64,000 bases of DNA from Elusimicrobiota bacterium (GCA_019135865.1 JAGVVD010000037.1:12771-76770), one strand, 5' to 3'. Shown: positions 43,164 through 54,185, counted from the stretch's first letter. Made by a program: numbers and translations. The notes: generated from the sequence alone by a model not told the origin.

Positions 43164-45227
43164 TCAGTCGCGGATCTGGCCGGGCTTGCGCCAGTGGGTC
43201 CAGAAGCGGCGGGACTCCTCGTCGAGCGGCTCGTTGCGCGGCGCGTCGTTTATCTTCATGCTGACCAGGAAAAAGAACTCCCTGACCCCGCCGGGCCTGA
43301 ACCGGAAATTCCAGGTGCTGCGGAAATCGTGGAACTCCTTGTAGAGCACCGCGCTCTTCTCGAAGAAGGAGAACTTCTCCACGCCGCCCCTGTCCGCCGG
43401 GGTCAGCCGGTAGCGCAGCGTCAGGTCAGCGCTCCAGCCCTTCCAGCCCGGCCTTATCCCTATAGTATTGTTCACCACGTATTCCGGCGAATCGCCGTAC
43501 TTGGTGACGCCGAGCCCGACCTGGCTCTTATCCACCGCGAAATCGGCCTGCGCTATGATGGACCGGTGCCCCTCCGCGAAAGAATAGTTGTCCTGCAGGA
43601 AAAGGCCGATCCCCGGCCGCGGCTCGACGACCAGTTCGGCCGTCATCGCCGAGAGGCGGCTGGCGAAATCGCCCACCGCGGTGTCGCGCAGGTCGTAGGT
43701 GGTGGAGGCGCGCAGGTAATACTTCCTCGAAGGCCTGACGAAAAGCGTCGGCGTGAGGCTCTCCTCCTCCACGCCGCCGTCGGGCGCGGAGCCGTCCTCC
43801 TTGAGAGTGTTGGCCCTGAACCGCTGCCGGTAGGCGTAAGCCAGGTCGAAGGAGCCCCACAGCCCGTCCAGGCGGAGGTTCAGCCCGTTGGAATAACGCC
43901 CCACCCAGACATCCTCCGTGGCGGAGGAGGTGGACAGGAACACGGACTGCCTGTAAGCGACGTGCGGATAGAGACTGACCGCGCGCGAGAGCGGGACGTT
44001 CCTGGAGACCGTCCAGGAGGCGTCTCCCTTGTTCTGGTAGAAAGCGTCCCCCTCCGCCTTTGAGCGCTCCAGTATGGCGCTGAAGGAATTGAGCACCGGC
44101 ACGCCGGCCAGTTTCAGCGGCACCGTCTGGAAATCCAGCCTCGGCGCCGAATCGTAGGCCTGGCGGAAACCCGTCCCGGCCGCGTCGCGGTCGTAGCGCG
44201 TGGCCGCGCTGAGGCGCGTGACCGTATTGTTGGACTGCCGCGTGAACGCGGCGCTGGCCTGCATGTCCGGGCTTACGGCGAAGGGATTGGAACGGAAATA
44301 ATGGTTGTTGAAATCCGGATCGGAAAGGAGCCTGAAATAGGACTGGCTGTAAAAGTTCGCCCCGCCCGCGGGGCCGAGGCCGCGCCAATAGCCGCCGCTG
44401 AGGGCCCAGCGGTCCTCCCGCGTCCCGTACTCGCGTATCCGGTAGGCGGAGAGATGCGTCCTGGCACTGTCGGCCGAATCATGGTTCATCTCGGCGCCGG
44501 TGCCGAGGCCCAGGCGCGAGAAATAATCGATGAACAGCTTGCCTTTCAGCGTCGGGGTGAAACGGTATAGGTAACTGGTCTTGAGGTAGGCGCCGCTGCG
44601 CTCGTCGTAGCCGGGATAGATGCTGGTTATGAAAGGAGTGCCCTCGCCGAGGGGACGGTAGATGACGGGAAAATAGAAGAGCGGGACCTTGCCCAGGAAG
44701 AACACCGTGTTGTAGGCGAGGAAATGGCTGTCCGGCTTCAGGTAGAGCCGGGACGCCCTGACCTGGTAATGCGGCGGCAGCAGGTCGCAGGAAGTGAACC
44801 GCGCGCCGTGATAGGCGTATTCGCCGTCGTCCACCCGTATCTCCCTGCCGCGGAAGACCAGGTTGCCGTAGCTGAAACGTCCCTCGCGTATGATCCCCGT
44901 ATTATCGGCGTAACTCATCTCGCCGCTGCGGCCGTAGAAGAAGCTGCCTTTCTCCTCCATCACGAAAGGGCCATCGGAGATAATGGTGCGGCTGGACATG
45001 TCTATCCGCAGCCTGTCCGCCTTGAGCGTTCTGACCAGCTCGTCGTCCGCGCCGAACTCGCGGACCACCGCCTCGCGGCGCAGGCCGATCACGCGGTCGT
45101 ACTCGTTGAAGTCGGCCTCCTCGGCGGTGAACTCCACCCTGTGGGTCCCCGTGGCCGCCGGAAGGTCGTAAGCCGCCGCCGCGCCGTGCAGCGCGAAGAG
45201 GGACGCTATGGCGGCGGCCCTGAACAT
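43164..45227 (-). CDS. lptD: LPS-assembly outer membrane protein LptD (OstA family)
   Basis: Signal peptide MFRAAAIASLFALHGAAAA. OstA-like N-terminal domain (...LKADRLRIDMSSRTIISDGPFVMEE...) followed by ARFTSCDLLPPHYQVRASRLYLKPDSHFLAYNTVFFLGKVPLFYFPV and a large beta-barrel. Start moved to ATG 45227 (TAATG overlap with the glk stop), because the ORF-track N-terminal 135 aa are Arg-rich junk. Confidence 0.82.
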   Translation of the reverse strand: MFRAAAIASLFALHGAAAAYDLPAATGTHRVEFTAEEADFNEYDRVIGLRREAVVREFGADDELVRTLKADRLRIDMSSRTIISDGPFVMEEKGSFFYGRSGEMSYADNTGIIREGRFSYGNLVFRGREIRVDDGEYAYHGARFTSCDLLPPHYQVRASRLYLKPDSHFLAYNTVFFLGKVPLFYFPVIYRPLGEGTPFITSIYPGYDERSGAYLKTSYLYRFTPTLKGKLFIDYFSRLGLGTGAEMNHDSADSARTHLSAYRIREYGTREDRWALSGGYWRGLGPAGGANFYSQSYFRLLSDPDFNNHYFRSNPFAVSPDMQASAAFTRQSNNTVTRLSAATRYDRDAAGTGFRQAYDSAPRLDFQTVPLKLAGVPVLNSFSAILERSKAEGDAFYQNKGDASWTVSRNVPLSRAVSLYPHVAYRQSVFLSTSSATEDVWVGRYSNGLNLRLDGLWGSFDLAYAYRQRFRANTLKEDGSAPDGGVEEESLTPTLFVRPSRKYYLRASTTYDLRDTAVGDFASRLSAMTAELVVEPRPGIGLFLQDNYSFAEGHRSIIAQADFAVDKSQVGLGVTKYGDSPEYVVNNTIGIRPGWKGWSADLTLRYRLTPADRGGVEKFSFFEKSAVLYKEFHDFRSTWNFRFRPGGVREFFFLVSMKINDAPRNEPLDEESRRFWTHWRKPGQIRD

Positions 45228-46195
45228 TATCTGCCGGCCGCCCGGTGCAGGCCGTAGAGGGCCGCTCCCATCACGCCCAGGTCCGCGCTGCGCGAGACCT
45301 TCACTTTGACCCTTTTGAAAGGCGTCGCTATGGACTGGGCGGCGAAGACCTTCTTCATGGCCGGCAGGAAGCAGTCCGCCGCGCGCGACACGCCGCCGGT
45401 GAGGATTATGCGCTCCGGGTCGAAGAGCAGCACGGCGCCGGCCAGGCCCATGCCAAGGCTCTCCCCCATGTCGCGCCACACCTTCTTCGCCGCGGCGTTG
45501 CCGGCCCTGGCGGCGCGCGCCAGGCAGACCGTGTTGAACCTGGGCCGGGCGGGGTCGGCGTATTTCCTGACGAAAGCCTCTTCGTTCTTCACCCGGGCGC
45601 GCGCGGCGGCCATGACCGCCCCGCTGCCGCAATAGGCCTCCAGGCAGCCCCTCCGTCCGCAGCCGCAGCGCGCGCCGCCCGGCCTGATGATGAAATGGCC
45701 TATCTCGCCGGCCGAACCGTGGGAGCCGTGATAGAGTTTCCCGTTCAGGATCATGCCGCCGCCGATGCCGGTGCCCAGCGTGACGGCTATGGCGTTGCCG
45801 CCGGCGCCGGGTTCGGCCGCGTAGGCGCCCCAGGCCGCCATATTGGCGTCGTTCTCGATGAAACAGGGCAGTTTCAGCGCCTTCTCCAGCGGGCCGGCTA
45901 CCGGCAGATCGCGCCAGCCGCAGAGATTGGGCGAGAACCTGGCGACCCCGGCGTCGGGGTCTATGTCGCCGGCCATGCCAATACCCACGGAAACGGCCTT
46001 TCCGGCCAGCGAGCCCTTCAGCGCCCGCGCGGCCTCGGTCAGACGGCGCAGGAAATCCGCGCGGCCGCGCCCGCTCTCGGTCTTGAACCTCGACTCGGCC
46101 AGCTGCCGCCCCTCGGCGGTAAAAGCCGCCAGCTTGACGTTAGTGCCGCCTATATCTATGCCGATTCCTATCACGATGTCCTCCGTGAGCTTCAA
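45227..46195 (-). CDS. glk: ROK-family glucokinase
   Basis: IGIDIGGTNVKLAAF, a ROK Zn motif (GHFIIRPGGARCGCGRRGCLEAYCG) and an ATPase fold. Confidence 0.88.
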   Translation of the reverse strand: MKLTEDIVIGIGIDIGGTNVKLAAFTAEGRQLAESRFKTESGRGRADFLRRLTEAARALKGSLAGKAVSVGIGMAGDIDPDAGVARFSPNLCGWRDLPVAGPLEKALKLPCFIENDANMAAWGAYAAEPGAGGNAIAVTLGTGIGGGMILNGKLYHGSHGSAGEIGHFIIRPGGARCGCGRRGCLEAYCGSGAVMAAARARVKNEEAFVRKYADPARPRFNTVCLARAARAGNAAAKKVWRDMGESLGMGLAGAVLLFDPERIILTGGVSRAADCFLPAMKKVFAAQSIATPFKRVKVKVSRSADLGVMGAALYGLHRAAGR

Positions 46196-47487
46196 CTTAC
46201 CCCGGCCGTGTCCTTGAGCCCCGCCTTCCCGAGGATCTTCAGCGCGGCCCCCGCCAGATAAAAGGAACCCAGCACCGCCGCGGTGCCGCGCCGCGCGGCC
46301 GAGACCAGCGCGGCCTCGGCGTCCTCCTCCACCTCCACCGCCGCGTCCGGCCTGAGCCGCTGCAGCTCCTCGGCCAGCAGCCCGGGCGGTATGGCCTTGT
46401 CGGAGGCCGGGGCGGTGAAGACGAAATCGTCGGCTAGCGGCGCCAGCACCGACAGGATGGCGCGGTAGTCCTTGTCGTTGAGGAAGCCGCAGACGAAGGC
46501 GTGCGGGCGCGCGGCGAAAGGCGAGGCGCGGAAGGTGCGCATGAAGGCGCGCACCGCCTCCGGGTTGTGGGCGCCGTCCAGGATGAAGCAGCAGTCGCGG
46601 CCGCGCGGGGCCGCGCGCAGGACCTGGAAGCGGGCCTCCCAGCGCACGCTCTCCAGACCGGCCCGGAAGCCCTCCGGCGCGCGCGGGAAGCCGCGCCGGG
46701 CGAGTTCCTCCAGGGCGCGCAGGACCAGGCCGGCGTTGACGCCCTGCCTGTCGCCGATTATACCCAGTTCGAATTTGCCGCCGGGGCCGGCCAGCAGCGT
46801 CCGGTTGCGCTCCCAGTCGTAACCTTCCACCTTGAAAGAGTCCGGCAGGAAGACGGCCGAACCTCCGCCCTTGGCCGCGGTCTTTTCCACGACCGACGAA
46901 ACTTCCGCCGGCAGCGGCGGACAGAGGCAGAGCGAGCCCTTCTTTATTATCCCGGCCTTGTGCGCGGCGACTTCCGTCACCGTGCGGCCGAGGTACTTGT
47001 CGTGGTCGAGGTCCACCGAGGTTATCAGGCAGAGTTCCGGCGGCGGTATGACGTTGGTCGTGTCCCAGGTGCCGCCGATACCGACCTCCAGCACGGCCAG
47101 GTCCAGGCCCGACCGGGCGAAGTGGAGGAAGGCCATGCAGGTGATCGTCTCGAAGAAGCTGAGGTCGGGGCCGGCCTCGGCCACTTCGGCGCAGAGCGCG
47201 GCGAAATCCTCCCGGCTTATGTTCTCCCCGCCGACGCTGATCCGCTCGCGCATCTCCACCAGGTGCGGGGAGACGAAAAGCCCGGTCCTGCAGCCCGCCG
47301 CGCGCAGCGACGATTCCAGCAGCGCGCAGACCGAGCCCTTGCCGTTGGTGCCGGTAACGTGGACGGCGCGGAACTTCTCCTGCGGGTCGCCCAGCTTTTC
47401 CAGGCAGGACAGCACGCGCGCGAAGCCGTCCTTCTTGTCGAAGGTCTGCCGCGAGAGCAGGTATCGCTCGGCCTCTTCGCAGGTCAT
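46192..47487 (-). CDS. folC: Bifunctional folylpolyglutamate synthase/dihydrofolate synthase
   Basis: VHVTGTNGKGSVCALLES (P-loop) and a Mur-ligase-like middle and C-terminal region. It overlaps the glk start by 4 nt. Confidence 0.9.
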   Translation of the reverse strand: MTCEEAERYLLSRQTFDKKDGFARVLSCLEKLGDPQEKFRAVHVTGTNGKGSVCALLESSLRAAGCRTGLFVSPHLVEMRERISVGGENISREDFAALCAEVAEAGPDLSFFETITCMAFLHFARSGLDLAVLEVGIGGTWDTTNVIPPPELCLITSVDLDHDKYLGRTVTEVAAHKAGIIKKGSLCLCPPLPAEVSSVVEKTAAKGGGSAVFLPDSFKVEGYDWERNRTLLAGPGGKFELGIIGDRQGVNAGLVLRALEELARRGFPRAPEGFRAGLESVRWEARFQVLRAAPRGRDCCFILDGAHNPEAVRAFMRTFRASPFAARPHAFVCGFLNDKDYRAILSVLAPLADDFVFTAPASDKAIPPGLLAEELQRLRPDAAVEVEEDAEAALVSAARRGTAAVLGSFYLAGAALKILGKAGLKDTAGVS

Positions 47488-47491
47488 GGCG

Positions 47492-48748
47492 TCAGGCCTT
47501 CACCCGTTCTATCTTCATGCCCAGCGCGCGCAGCTTCTGCTCGACGCGCTCGTAGCCGCGGTCTATGTGGTAGGTGCGGCGTATCAGCGAGCGGCCCTTG
47601 GCTGCCCCGGCCGCCACCAGCAGCGCGGCGCCGGCGCGGATGTCTGAGGCCATGATCGGCGCGCCGTTGAGCTCTTCGACGCCGTGCACGTAGGCCTTGT
47701 TGCCCGAGATATAGACGCTGGCGCCCATGCGCAGCAGTTCGGCGGCGTGCATGAACCGGTTCTCGAAGATGTTCTCCTGCACCGAGGCGTTGCCGCGGCA
47801 GCGGGCCATGTAGGACATCCACGGCGCCTGCAGGTCGGTGGGGAAGCCGGGATGCGGCGCGGTGCTCACGTTGACCGGCTTCGGGCGGCCGCCGGAGGAC
47901 TCGACGGTTATGGAATCGCGGCCGCAGGTCACTTTCGCGCCCGAACGCTCCATCGCCTTTATCAGGGCGCCCAGCGGTTTCGGATCGGCGGCCGTCAGGC
48001 GGACCCTGCCGCCCGCGGCGGCCGCGGCCAGCATATAGGTGCCGGTCTCTATGCGGTCCGGGATGACGGTATGGCGTAAAGCCTTCAGCTTGGACCGCCC
48101 GCGGATGACTATGCGGGGGCCGCCGGCGCCCTCCACCTCGGCGCCCATCGAGCGCAGCGCGGCGGCGAGGTCCTCTATCTCCGGCTCGCGCGCGCAGTTC
48201 TCCAGCGTGGTCCTGCCTTCCAGCAGGGCGGCGCACATCATCAGGTTCTCCGTGGCGCCGACGCTGGGAAAACGGAAGCGCAGGCGCCCGGGTCTGAGTT
48301 TGGCGCCGGTCAGGACTATATCGCCCTTCTCGTAGCAGGCCTCGGCCCCGAGTTTTTTGAAAGCCTCTATGTGTATGTCGATGGGGCGCACGCCTATGGA
48401 GCAGCCGCCCGGCATGGAAACGCGCACCTTCTTGAGGCGCGCGAGCAGCGGGCCCGCGGCCAGCACCGAGGCGCGCATACGGCGCACCAGCTCGTACGGC
48501 GCGTCGTGCTTCAGCCGTCCGGGCTCGGCGGTCGTGAAGGAGCCGGCCTCGAAGAAGCATTTCTTGCCCAGGTGGTTGAGCAGGTCGAAAGTGGACTTGA
48601 TGTCCCGCAGGTCGGGCACATTGCGCACCACGCATTTTTCCTTCGTGAGCAGCGTGGCCGCCAGTATGGGCAGCGCGGCGTTCTTGGAACCGCTTATCCG
48701 CACCTCCCCGCCGAGTTTTTTGCCGCCGTGTATGACGAAATTATCCAT
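47492..48748 (-). CDS. murA: UDP-N-acetylglucosamine 1-carboxyvinyltransferase
   Basis: MDNFVIHGGKKLGGEVRISGSKNAALPILAATLL and MPGGCSIGVRPIDIH (catalytic Cys). 418 aa with an EPSP-synthase fold. Confidence 0.96.
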   Translation of the reverse strand: MDNFVIHGGKKLGGEVRISGSKNAALPILAATLLTKEKCVVRNVPDLRDIKSTFDLLNHLGKKCFFEAGSFTTAEPGRLKHDAPYELVRRMRASVLAAGPLLARLKKVRVSMPGGCSIGVRPIDIHIEAFKKLGAEACYEKGDIVLTGAKLRPGRLRFRFPSVGATENLMMCAALLEGRTTLENCAREPEIEDLAAALRSMGAEVEGAGGPRIVIRGRSKLKALRHTVIPDRIETGTYMLAAAAAGGRVRLTAADPKPLGALIKAMERSGAKVTCGRDSITVESSGGRPKPVNVSTAPHPGFPTDLQAPWMSYMARCRGNASVQENIFENRFMHAAELLRMGASVYISGNKAYVHGVEELNGAPIMASDIRAGAALLVAAGAAKGRSLIRRTYHIDRGYERVEQKLRALGMKIERVKA

Positions 48749-48759
48749 TCATTCTCCCA

Positions 48760-49638
48760 TTACCCGCGCAGGTGCCGCGAACGAGAGCTATGCTCCACGA
48801 CGCGACCGTAAACGAACCGTTCCTTTCCGCTGAAATCCCTGTAAGCCGCCCGCTCCGCCCAGGCCGGTCCCGAGAGGAGGTCCAGCGCCGCGGGAGCCTG
48901 CCCGTCGCAGACCTCCATCAGCAGGAAGCCGCCGGGCCCCAGCGCCGCCGGCGCGTCGGCCGCTATCATGCGGACGACCTTCAGCCCGTCCCCGCCGCCG
49001 TCGAGCGCCACGCGGGGCTCCCTCAGCACCTCCGGGTCCAGGCCCGGGATGGCGCCGGCCGGGATATAGGGCGGGTTCGCGGCTATGGCGCCGAAGGGGC
49101 CGAGGCCCCTGAAATTGTCGCCGCGCAGCACGCGCACCCTGCCGCCGCCGTGGGCCGCCGCGTTGGCCTCGGCGTAGCGGACCGCCCGGGCCGACTTTTC
49201 CACGGCCGTCACCCGGGCCGCCGGCAGCCGGGCCGCCAGGCCGACGGCCACGCAGCCGGAGCCGGCGCAGAAATCGAGCACCTCGGCCGGGCCGCCGCCG
49301 AGCCGCTCTCCAAGCAGGCGCGCGCAGAGTTCGGTCAGTTCCTCGGTCTCGGGCCGCGGCACCAGCACACCCGGCCCCACCTTCAGCCGCAGGCCCATGA
49401 AATCGTGCCAGCCCAGCGCGTAGGAGAGCGGCATCCCCGAGGCCTTCTTCCGGGCCAGGCGCATGAACTTCCGCTCGGCGGCGGGCGGCACCGCCGCCGC
49501 CGGCTCGGCCAGCGGCTCCAGCCTGCCCGTGCCCAGCGCCTCGGCCAGCAGCCACTGCGCGCAGGCCTCCGGCTCCTGCGAGCCGGCGCGCTCCAGGAGC
49601 TCCCGCCCACGGGACAGCAGTTCAGCCCTGCTCGCCAT
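48760..49638 (-). CDS. prmC: Release factor glutamine methyltransferase
   Basis: SAM motif [11 protein letters not shown] and catalytic IAANPPYIP. It overlaps the prfA stop by 17 nt. Confidence 0.9.
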   Translation of the reverse strand: MASRAELLSRGRELLERAGSQEPEACAQWLLAEALGTGRLEPLAEPAAAVPPAAERKFMRLARKKASGMPLSYALGWHDFMGLRLKVGPGVLVPRPETEELTELCARLLGERLGGGPAEVLDFCAGSGCVAVGLAARLPAARVTAVEKSARAVRYAEANAAAHGGGRVRVLRGDNFRGLGPFGAIAANPPYIPAGAIPGLDPEVLREPRVALDGGGDGLKVVRMIAADAPAALGPGGFLLMEVCDGQAPAALDLLSGPAWAERAAYRDFSGKERFVYGRVVEHSSRSRHLRG

Positions 49639-50695
49639 CTTTCTCCGGGGAGAAGAAAAGCCGCAGCTCTTCCAGCATCGGCTTTATCTCCCCCTCCATG
49701 ACCGCGTCGATATTATGCCAGGAGCGCTGCGCCCTGTGATCGGTGACGCGGCTCTGCGGGAAATTGTAGGTGCGTATCTTCTCGGAGCGGTCGCCGGAAC
49801 CGACCTGGCGGCGGCGCTCGCCGGCCAGCGACTCGGTGCGGCTCTCGTCCGCGGCCGAGCTCAGCCGCGCGTAGAGCTGGGCCATGGCCTTCTGCTTGTT
49901 CTGCCCCTGCGAGCGCTCCTGCTGGCAGGCCACCACTATGCCCGTCGGGAGATGCGTGATGCGCACGGCGGTCTCCACCTTGTTGACGTTCTGCCCGCCC
50001 GCCCCGCCGGCCCGGTAGGTGTCCACCTTGAGGTCCTTAGGATCTATCTTTATCTCCTCGGCCTCGTCGGGCTCCGGGAGCACCGCGACGGTGACGGTGG
50101 AGGTGTGTATGCGGCCCGAGGCCTCGGTCTGCGGCACGCGCTGCACGCGGTGCACGCCGCCCTCGTATTTCAGCCAGGAATAGACGCCGGTCCCCTTCAC
50201 GTTCATGACCCCGTTCTTGAGGCCCTTGAGTCCGGTGGTGCCGAGTTCGTGGACCTCTACGGTCCAGCCCATCGACTGGGCGAACTTGAGGTACATGCGG
50301 AAGATGTCGGCGGCGAAAAGCGCGGATTCCTCCCCGCCCACTCCGGCGCGGACCTCCAGGAACACGTCCTTGGCGTCCAGCGGGTCGGGAGGCAGCAGGG
50401 CGAGCTTCAGGGCCTGCTCGGTCTCCGCCAGCCTGGCCTCCACGAGCGGAAGCTCCGACGAGGCCATCTCCGCCATCTCGGGGTCGTTGCCGGAGGCCAG
50501 CGCGCGCAGGCCGGCCGCCTCTTTCCCGAGGGCGGCCAGCGAATCGGAAAGTACGGTTATGGACTTGAGCGAGGCGTGTTTGCGGGAAAGGGACTCTATC
50601 TCGGACGGGGCGAGCCCCGGCTCGGCGAGCCGCCTCTCGGTCTCGGCCAGCTCCTCGCGTATCTTACCGATATCCGCGGCTTGTTCCGGGCTCAT
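49622..50695 (-). CDS. prfA: Peptide chain release factor 1
   Basis: [28 protein letters not shown] (GGQ) and a PxT-type RF1 decoding region ([17 protein letters not shown]). No frameshift site. Confidence 0.96.
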   Translation of the reverse strand: MSPEQAADIGKIREELAETERRLAEPGLAPSEIESLSRKHASLKSITVLSDSLAALGKEAAGLRALASGNDPEMAEMASSELPLVEARLAETEQALKLALLPPDPLDAKDVFLEVRAGVGGEESALFAADIFRMYLKFAQSMGWTVEVHELGTTGLKGLKNGVMNVKGTGVYSWLKYEGGVHRVQRVPQTEASGRIHTSTVTVAVLPEPDEAEEIKIDPKDLKVDTYRAGGAGGQNVNKVETAVRITHLPTGIVVACQQERSQGQNKQKAMAQLYARLSSAADESRTESLAGERRRQVGSGDRSEKIRTYNFPQSRVTDHRAQRSWHNIDAVMEGEIKPMLEELRLFFSPEKDGEQG

Positions 50696-50721
50696 ATCAG
50701 GCCTTTGGCGGCCCCCCTATA

Positions 50722-50760
50722 ATGAAAGGGCAGGGCGGCCCGTGAAGGCGCGCCCTGCCC
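50722..50760 (-). terminator. Stem-loop between rpmE and prfA (candidate attenuator or weak terminator)
   Basis: 10-bp perfect stem: gggcagggcg (50728-50737) with cgccctgccc (50751-50760), 13-nt loop. In the minus-strand sense it is followed only by TTTCATTAT, so termination is probably partial. Confidence 0.45.
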
Positions 50761-50773
50761 TGCCCCGCGGAAG

Positions 50774-51142
50774 CTACTTGCTCTCGGGAGCTTTCTTCTC
50801 CGCCGGCTTGGCGGCCTTCTTGGCCGGCTTGGCCTCGGCGGCCTTCTTGGGGGCGGAGGAAAGGACTTTCTTGCCGTGCTTGGGCGCCAGCGAGGTCTTG
50901 GCGGCCACGACCTTCTTGGGCTTGCGCTCGACGGTCTTGCCGCCGGTGGCGGCGAATTTCTTCTGGAACTTCTCCACGCGGCCGGCGGTGTCGAGGAACT
51001 TGTGCTTGCCGGTATAGAAGGGGTGGCAGGCGTAGCAGATCTCGACCTTGATCGGGGCCCTGGTGGACCTGGTCGTGAAGGCGTTGCCGCAGGCGCAGGT
51101 GACCTCGCAGAGAGAATACTTGGGGTGTATGTCGGTTTTCAT
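50774..51142 (-). CDS. rpmE: 50S ribosomal protein L31 (Zn-ribbon type) with a ~50-aa Lys/Ala-rich C-terminal extension
   Basis: [27 protein letters not shown]...[31 protein letters not shown] is canonical L31. It continues with ...[49 protein letters not shown]. Confidence 0.93.
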   Translation of the reverse strand: MKTDIHPKYSLCEVTCACGNAFTTRSTRAPIKVEICYACHPFYTGKHKFLDTAGRVEKFQKKFAATGGKTVERKPKKVVAAKTSLAPKHGKKVLSSAPKKAAEAKPAKKAAKPAEKKAPESK

Positions 51143-51209
51143 TGTTCCGTCCTGGATCTAACCGCGAATATATCGATATTTTAGCATATTGAGGGGACGT
51201 TGTTTCCCC

Positions 51210-52136
51210 TTATTTCCGGCCGAATTTGGCGGTCGGGTTGACGGACCGGCCGGCATTGGTGAGGATCTCGAAATGCAGGTGCGGACCGGTGGAGGTGCCG
51301 GTGGAGCCGACCCGGCCCAGCAGGCTGCGCCCTTTCTGCACTTTGGCCCCTTTGGTCGTGGTCACTTTGGAGAGGTGGCCGTAGCGGGTGATGTAACCGT
51401 CCGAGTGCTTCACGTCCACCACGTAGCCGTAGCCGCCCAGCCAGCCGGCGAAGACCACGGTGCCGGAACGCGACGGGTAGACCGGGGTGCCTATCCTCAT
51501 CGGTATGTCTATGCCGTTGTGGAACATCATCTTCTTGTGTATCGGATGGTAGCGGTTGCCGTAGCGGGAGCTGATGCGCGGCAGATAAGGCAGCGGCACG
51601 CGGTAGGTGTCCAGGTCCAGGTAGACCCCGGGCAGCAGCACGCGGTCGCCATTTTTGAAGACATGGTTCGAGAGCAGCGAAGAGGGAGGCAGGCGGTTGG
51701 CCCGCACCACTTCGGCGCGGAACTCCTTCAGGTCCGTCCCCTTGCGCCGGTGGCGGGAAGTCACGCCGTTGAGCGTCTCGCCGTCCTGCGAGACCTCGTA
51801 GAGATAGCCGTCGCCGTTGTGCACGCGGATATAGCCGCCGCGGCGCATGAAGATGAACTCGTTGTGATTGGTGCTCTTGAGCGCGCGCACGTCGGCGCCG
51901 TACATCCCGGCGATGCCGCTTATGGTATCGGAGGGCCCTATGCGGTGCCGCGCGTGGACGAGACGGTCCAGGGCCTTGAAGGCCTCCGGGTCCGGGGCCG
52001 CCGGACCCGCGGGGGTCAGCACGGAGAACCGGGCGCGGTCGGGCGGGGCCTGCCTGGGAACGCTGGCCACCGCGATCACACCGGTGGCCAGCAGCCCGGC
52101 CGCGGCGGCCGGCAGTATCCCGCGCCCGGGCTTCAC
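51210..52136 (-). CDS. LysM-domain M23-family peptidoglycan metalloendopeptidase
   Basis: LysM segment ([21 protein letters not shown]). M23 motifs: [45 protein letters not shown] and [15 protein letters not shown]. Confidence 0.9.
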   Translation of the reverse strand: MKPGRGILPAAAAGLLATGVIAVASVPRQAPPDRARFSVLTPAGPAAPDPEAFKALDRLVHARHRIGPSDTISGIAGMYGADVRALKSTNHNEFIFMRRGGYIRVHNGDGYLYEVSQDGETLNGVTSRHRRKGTDLKEFRAEVVRANRLPPSSLLSNHVFKNGDRVLLPGVYLDLDTYRVPLPYLPRISSRYGNRYHPIHKKMMFHNGIDIPMRIGTPVYPSRSGTVVFAGWLGGYGYVVDVKHSDGYITRYGHLSKVTTTKGAKVQKGRSLLGRVGSTGTSTGPHLHFEILTNAGRSVNPTAKFGRK

Positions 52137-53542
52137 CGGCCGCCCATCTCCATGGACTTGAGGAAGTCCTTGTTGGACTTGGTGGCGCCCAGCTTGGTAA
52201 GCAGCAGTTCCATCGCGTCGACCGGCGAGAGCGGAGCCAGCACTTTGCGCAGGATCCAGACCTTATTGAGCTCGTCCTCGCTCATCAGCAGCTCTTCCTT
52301 GCGGGTGGAGGTGCGGTTGATGTCGATGGCGGGGAAGATGCGGCGGTCGGCCAGCTTGCGGTCGAGGTAAATTTCCGAATTGCCGGTGCCCTTGAACTCC
52401 TCGAAGATGACGTCGTCCATGCGGCTGCCGGTCTCGACCAGCGCCGTGGCGATGATGGTCAGCGAGCCGCCTTCCTCGATGTTGCGGGCCGCGCCGAAGA
52501 AGCGCTTGGGCCGCTGCAGGGAGGTGGACTCGAGGCCGCCGGAGAGCACGCGGCCCGACGACGGGGTGACCGTGTTGTAGGCGCGCGCCAGGCGGGTGAT
52601 GGAGTCGAGCAGGACCACGACGTTCTTGCCCAGCTCGGTCATGCGCTTGGCCTTCTCCAGCACGATCTCGGAGACCTGCACGTGGCGGTCGGCCGGCTCG
52701 TCGAAGGTGGAGGCGATGACTTCGCCGCGCACCGATCTCTTCATATCCGTGACTTCCTCGGGGCGCTCGTCGATGAGCAGAACTATCAGCTCGATGTCCG
52801 GGTGGTTGGTGGTCAGCGAATTGGCGAGGCGCTGCAGGATCATCGTCTTACCGGTCTTGGGCGCGGCCACGATGAGCTGGCGCTGGCCCTGGCCGACCGG
52901 CACCATCAGGTCTATGGTCCTGCCGATCAGGTCCGTCTTGACGGTCTCCAGCGTGAAGCGCTGGTTGGGATGCAGCGGGGTCAGGTTGTCGAAGAGCGGG
53001 CGGCGGGCGATCTTCTCTATCTCGACGCCGTTGACGGTCTTGACCTGCAGCAGCGCGAAGAAGCGCTCGCCGTCCTTGGGCGGGCGGATCAGGCCGGAGA
53101 TGGTGTCGCCCTTGCGCAGGCCGAGCTTCTTGATCTGCGAGGGGGAGACGTAGATGTCCTCGTGGCTGGAGAGGTAGTTGTACTCCTCGGAGCGGAGGAA
53201 GCCGAAACCGTCGGGCAGGATCTCCAGGACGCCGTCGCCGGCGACCAGGCCGTTCTGCTTGGCCTGCGCCTCCATGATCTTGCCGATGAGCTCCTGCTTG
53301 CGCAGGCCGGCCACGCCTTCCAGGTTGAACTTCTCGGCCATCTTGAGGATGTCGGAGACGGTCATCTTTGTCAGTTCGGAGATGTCCAGCTTGGGGACCT
53401 CCCGGCCGTTGCCCTGCACCTGCGGCTGGCCGTTATTGCCGTTATGGCCGTTATGGCCCTGGTCCTGGCGATGGTCCTGGCGCCCCCCGCGCCTGTCATT
53501 GTAAGCCTGGGGCCTGCCTTCCTGGTTGTTCGTCGAATTCAT
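52133..53542 (-). CDS. rho: Transcription termination factor Rho with a Gln/Asn/Gly/His-rich N-terminal extension
   Basis: Rho_N ([23 protein letters not shown]), an RNA-binding CSD-like domain, Walker A ([15 protein letters not shown]) and the RecA-type core ([15 protein letters not shown]). The N-terminal ~45 aa are [46 protein letters not shown]. Confidence 0.95.
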   Translation of the reverse strand: MNSTNNQEGRPQAYNDRRGGRQDHRQDQGHNGHNGNNGQPQVQGNGREVPKLDISELTKMTVSDILKMAEKFNLEGVAGLRKQELIGKIMEAQAKQNGLVAGDGVLEILPDGFGFLRSEEYNYLSSHEDIYVSPSQIKKLGLRKGDTISGLIRPPKDGERFFALLQVKTVNGVEIEKIARRPLFDNLTPLHPNQRFTLETVKTDLIGRTIDLMVPVGQGQRQLIVAAPKTGKTMILQRLANSLTTNHPDIELIVLLIDERPEEVTDMKRSVRGEVIASTFDEPADRHVQVSEIVLEKAKRMTELGKNVVVLLDSITRLARAYNTVTPSSGRVLSGGLESTSLQRPKRFFGAARNIEEGGSLTIIATALVETGSRMDDVIFEEFKGTGNSEIYLDRKLADRRIFPAIDINRTSTRKEELLMSEDELNKVWILRKVLAPLSPVDAMELLLTKLGATKSNKDFLKSMEMGGR

Positions 53543-53543
53543 T

Positions 53544-54185
53544 TTACCTCTCCGAAGTTATTTTAAGGAAACCGTACAGCGTTCTCACGCGGGCCCTCAG
53601 GTCCGCCCTGGAGCCGGAATTGTCCAGCGTTATATCCGCTCTTTCCGCTTTCTCCCCCGCGGACAGCTGGGCCCTTTCCCTGGCCTCGAACTCCCCCCGG
53701 GGCCATCCCCTGCCGGAACAGCGCCTTTTCCTTATCTCCCCCGGGGCCGTGACGCAGATGCTCAGGTGTAAATGCCTCTCCAGTCGGGTCTCGAAAAGCA
53801 GAGGCGCGTCTACTATGGCGGTCTTTTTGGGGGATCTTGAAATTAGGGCTATCGCTTCTTCGATTATCAGTGGATGGAGCAGCGACTCGAGCTTCTTCCT
53901 GGCGGTCCTGTCGCGGAAAACCTTCTCCGCGAGCTTTTTTCTGTCCAGGGAACCGTCCGGTAGGAAGACGCGTGGGCCGAACTGCCTGAAAATTCTACTA
54001 TAGCGGGCGGGGGAAGTCAATATGGACCGGGCCAGGGCGTCGGCCGAGACCGTGAAAGCCCCGGCCCGGGCGAACTCCTCCAGCGCCGCGCTCTTGCCGG
54101 CGCCGATGGGGCCGGTGAGCCCGGCCAAGAGCTTGCGCCGGCGCAGGGCGGCGAAGGCTTTGACGGCTTTCGGGGACAGCTTCAC
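53544..54185 (-). CDS. coaE: Dephospho-CoA kinase
   Basis: [19 protein letters not shown] (P-loop). ~200 aa with typical CoaE length and layout. It ends 1 nt before the rho start. Confidence 0.85.
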   Translation of the reverse strand: MKLSPKAVKAFAALRRRKLLAGLTGPIGAGKSAALEEFARAGAFTVSADALARSILTSPARYSRIFRQFGPRVFLPDGSLDRKKLAEKVFRDRTARKKLESLLHPLIIEEAIALISRSPKKTAIVDAPLLFETRLERHLHLSICVTAPGEIRKRRCSGRGWPRGEFEARERAQLSAGEKAERADITLDNSGSRADLRARVRTLYGFLKITSER

